From: an uncultured delta proteobacterium
GTDB lineage: Bacteria > Desulfobacterota > Binatia > UBA9968
Length of the DNA: 32,590 nucleotides
Direction of reading: 5' to 3'
NCBI GenBank assembly: GCA_963804165.1
Contig: CAWDPO010000022.1
Coordinates: 1-32,590, forward strand
Below are positions 28,850-32,590 of this stretch, one piece after another. Under the pieces are notes generated by a model, which was not told the DNA's origin, did not search any database, and was given only the letters and a program-made list of their open reading frames with translations. Positions within the stretch are counted from its first letter, which is position 1, and the number at the start of each line of letters is the position of its first letter. The position numbers were made by a program, and so were the translations under genes.

Positions 28850-29758
28850 GGTAGTGACTCATTTTGGGGATAGTGTGACTACTGGACGAGATAAGAGCGG
28901 GCCACAATCGCTTTGCCGTGCCCCCGTCTGGCTTTGACATTTTCATACAGCCGGGCAACGTGTCGGTACTCGCAGCGCTCGCGGTTGAGCACAGGGAGCA
29001 AAGGCTTGGCGCATTTGGCCTTCAATGGTCTTGAGATTGGCCTGCACATGGTCGAGCTCGTCGAGCATCAATCGCAGCGCTTGTTGGGTGTGCGGTGGCA
29101 GCTTGGAGCAAAGCTCTTCGATGATCTGTCGGCCCCGCTTGCCAAAGGCGTCGCTGACGCCGTCGACCTTGAGCCCGTACTTCTCCAGAGTGGCGTGAAT
29201 ACGGTTCTTGAACTGGGTTCTCTGCTTGCTGAGCACCATGCGGGTGCGCGGCAGCTCGCGGGCATCACGAACCGCAGACGGCGCAATCCACACCGTCGGC
29301 AGGGTTCCGACTCTCTGCAAACGATTCATTCCCTTCGCATCGAGCTTGTCGCTCTTGTTCACGCTGCCGATCATCAGCTTGGCCAGTCGTGCGTTGACCA
29401 GTTGCGGCGATCCTTTCCCCGCCTCGATCTCATCGACTACCCAGTACCAGTTGCCCACGGTCTCAACCGCCACCGGGGTTCCCGGACTCCACTTGTTGGT
29501 GAAGTTCTTAATCGTTCCTCGACTATGCGCCAGTTTACACTCAAAGAGCTTCTGGCCTTGGTCATTTTCTACCCGCGCCCAGGTGTAATGCTTATGAACA
29601 TCCAATGCGACGTATTCCATTTGCGATTTCCTCCTCCAGCCGTCAGTCTATCTACCGACGCTGCGGATTTCATCGCTTTCATATTAATCAAAATGACACT
29701 TGTGGAGTTGTCATCCTGAACGAAGTGAAGGATCTGATTTTGAAATTGAGTCACTACC
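28850..29758. mobile_element. MITE-like unit with IS1-like terminal inverted repeats
   Basis: GGTAGTGACTCATTT (28850-28864) and AATTGAGTCACTACC (29744-29758), 14/15 inverted match; no clear target duplication. Confidence 0.6.
28879..29620 (-). pseudogene. IS110-family transposase with internal deletion
   Basis: YVALDVHK, VAVET, KSDKLDA, RTQFKNRIHATL; jumps to C-terminal LYENVKARRGHGKAIV; GGAGG RBS. Confidence 0.9.
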
Positions 29759-29838
29759 ATGCGCCTCCGTTAACTCTGTTAGCTCCTGTTGAATAGAATT
29801 ACCTCGACCCCACAACTTGAAACCCGACACCTGACACC

Positions 29839-32576
29839 TTATTTCCCCGCCCGCCTTTTCTCCGCCCACCTGCTCCCTCACGAGCCGGGCAGAAACTTGC
29901 GCGATTTCCATCTCCAAGTCTTTGGTCTCGACACGCCCGAACAGGTCGAGAAGTCGAGCGACCAGGCCCGTCCACCCCGTCTGGTGGCTGGCGCCGAGAC
30001 CCGCGCCGTTGTCACCGTGGAAGTATTCATGGAAGAGGATCAGATCGCGCCAGTGCGGATCGTCCTGGAACTTGGCGGTCCCTCCGTAAATCGGCCGCTG
30101 TCCGTTGGCGTCGCGCAGGAAACGTACTGGCCAGCCGGCGCGAGAGTTCCCGGGCCACTTCGAACAGCGTCATGTATCGCCCCGAGCCGGTCGGACACTG
30201 AACTTTGAATTCATCGCCGTAAAAGCTGTATAGGTTCAAGAGCGCCCGCACGATCAGGGCATTGACGGGCATCCAGACGGGGCCCCGCCAGTTGGAGTTG
30301 CCGCCGAACATTCCGGTATTCGATTCGCCGGGCAGGTACTGGACCTTGTATTCCTCACCACCGACGTGAAACACGAACGGATGATCGAGGTGATACCGCG
30401 ACACAGAGCGAATACCGTGGGGTCCGAGAAACTCGTTCTCGTCGAGCATGTAGGCGAGCACTCGCTCCAGCTTCTGCTTGTTGAGGATCGACAACAGACG
30501 CCGTCCTTTATAGCCGACGAAACCCTGGTCGGTCGGGGCCACATGGGACACCACCTCGGGATGGCGTTTGCGGAACAGGGCGATCATCTCCATCAGCTTC
30601 GGATAGCGACTGGCCGCATCCCCCTCGAACACCGTGGTCGCACAGAGCGGCAGGAGCCCGACCAAGGACCGCACCTTCAAACGCATCGCCTGGCCGTCGG
30701 GCAGCCGCAGCAGATCATAAAAAAACCCGTCCTGTTCATCCCACATCTCGTCGTGATGCTCACCGATGCGGTCCATCGCGTAGGAGATCCAGGTGAAATG
30801 CTCGACGAACTTGTAGGCGATCTCTTCGTACATCGGGTCGTATTCGGTGAGAATCAGGGCCATCTCCAGCATGTTCTGGCAGTAAAACGCCATCCAGGCG
30901 GTCCCGTCCGCCTGCTCCAGCGAGCCGCCCGTGGGGAGCTGGGCGCTGCGGTCGAAGACGCCGATGTTGTCTAGACCCAGAAATCCGCCGGCGAACACGT
31001 TGCGCCCGGCGGGGTCTTTGCGGTTGACCCACCAGCTGAAGTTCAGCATCAAACCCTGAAACGAGCGCTCCAGGAACCGCAGGTCCGCCCGGCCGAGGGT
31101 CCGCTCCGTTCTTGTAGAGGAAGATGGTGGCCCAGGCATGTACCGGCGGATTCACATCGCCGAAGTTCCACTCGTAGGCGGGAATTTGCCCATTGGGGTG
31201 GGCATAGAGACCGCGCAGCATCAGCAAGAGCTGCTCCTTGGCGAAATCGAAATCCACCAGCGACAGGGAGATCGTGTGGAAGGCCAGGTCCCAGGCCGCA
31301 TACCAGGGGTACTCCCACTTGTCCGGCATGGAGATCACGTCGGCGTTCAGCATGTGAAACCATTCCATATTGCGCACACCGTTGCGGGCGGATTCCATGA
31401 GCGGATGACTCTTGTGCTCCTGCAGCCATCGATCCAGATCGAAGTAGTAGTACTGCTTGCTCCAGAGCATGCCCGCCAGCGCCTGGCGGTGCACCCGCCG
31501 TTCATCTTCACTCAGCGCTCCGGCGTGATCCGTTCATAGAACTCATCAGCGTCGGCGATCCGGCTTTTGAATATCCGATCGAAACTCCCGAAGGCATCTT
31601 TTGCCTCGGCGGCCACCAAACGCAGCCGAACCGTCTTGCTGCCGCCGGCAGGCACCTCGAGGAAATAGTGGGCCGCCACCTTGGTCCCCGTCTTGGCGGG
31701 ATTCACCGCGTCGCTCTGCCCGAGATGATGTACGGCGTGGAACGCATCCTTGACGTAGGGAGACGCGTTGGGCTGGTTCCACAGACGCTGTGCATTGCTT
31801 TCATTTTCGGTGAAGAGCAAATCCGGGGCACCATCGCAATGGAGCCAGTACTCGCCAAGCTCATGATGTGTGGCCTGAATTGCGCCTTGCCCCGCTTCAC
31901 GCAGCGAAGGCTTCGGATGGGCCTCGCCCCAAGACCAGGTGTTGCGAAACCAGAGCGTCGGCAAGACCCGCAGCCGGGCCGCTTCCGGCCCGCGATTGTG
32001 CACGGTGATGCGGATGAGGACGTCTTCCGGGCTTTCCTTCGCGTACTCGACGAAAACGTCAAAGTAGCGGTCGTCGTCAAAGATGCCGGTATCGAGCAGC
32101 TCGTACTCGAACTCTTCCCGCGATCGTCTCCGGTTGGTTTCGATCAGGTCCCCATAGGGATACTCCCGCTGCGGGTACTTGTAGAGATACTTCATGTACG
32201 AATGGGTCGGGGTGCTGTCGAGGTAGAAGTAATACTCCTTGACATCCTCCCCATGGTTCGCCTCGCTGTTGGTGAGTCCGAACAAGCGCTCTTTCAGGAT
32301 CGGGTCGCGCTCGTTCCACAGTGCCAGCGCAAAGCACAACCGTTGCTTGTCGTCGCAAATTCCCCCCATCCCGTCCTCCCCCCACCGGTAGGCGCGGGAG
32401 CGAGCCTGGTCATGGGTGAAATAATCCCAGGCGTCGCCATCTTCGCTGTAGTCTTCGCGCACCGTGCCCCACTGGCGTTCGCTGAGATAGGGTCCCCACT
32501 TCTTCCACGGGATGCCCGCCTCGCGCGCCTCGTTCAAGCGTTTTTGCTCGGTGACATCCACAACCTCAGTTGCCAT
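29839..32576 (-). pseudogene. GH63-like (MGH1) glucosidase split by several frameshifts
   Basis: [82 protein letters not shown]; breaks near 31510, 31110, 30120; may be assembly errors. Confidence 0.9.
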
Positions 32577-32590
32577 TTCTTCTCTACCTA

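Noticed and set aside
28913-29719. 268-aa plus-strand ORF
   Set aside because: Antisense shadow of the IS110 transposase

Overview
A 32.6-kb GC-rich bacterial accessory region with no rRNA, intact tRNA, CRISPR array or intact integrase. The paralog styles (ABC_sub_bind 'AQQPKKVYRIGFL' proteins, OprB porin, DUF4105, DUF2092) resemble soil Binatia/Deltaproteobacteria-like genomes; this is inference only. About 15 apparently intact genes, mostly secreted or envelope proteins (OprB, SYLF lipoprotein, EEP, DUF4105, DUF2092, DUF502, MliC, a sigma54 activator, small CxxC proteins), are interleaved with about 20 frameshifted genes and short gene fragments. Several fragments are not separate ORFs in the track (ATP-dependent ligase, S74 chaperone tail, second Ysc84, HAD, antiporter, a second arylsulfatase tail). 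The most interesting signal is non-coding. (A/C) A family of modular palindromic sites (core TGAA-GCGTCG-TTCA, 5 copies) has flanks exchanged between copies and separates cassette-like genes. There are also three relics of a tRNA-Phe-targeting att site, one with full attP-like architecture; (B) a recurrent TATTGGAC-N4-GTCCAATA palindrome; (D) a recurrent AT-rich upstream motif; a hairpin-dense ncRNA candidate; and a nested REP/MITE/IS110 insertion between GH63 and GH13 genes. All alignments were done by eye, family names come from motif recognition, and some frameshifts may be assembly errors.
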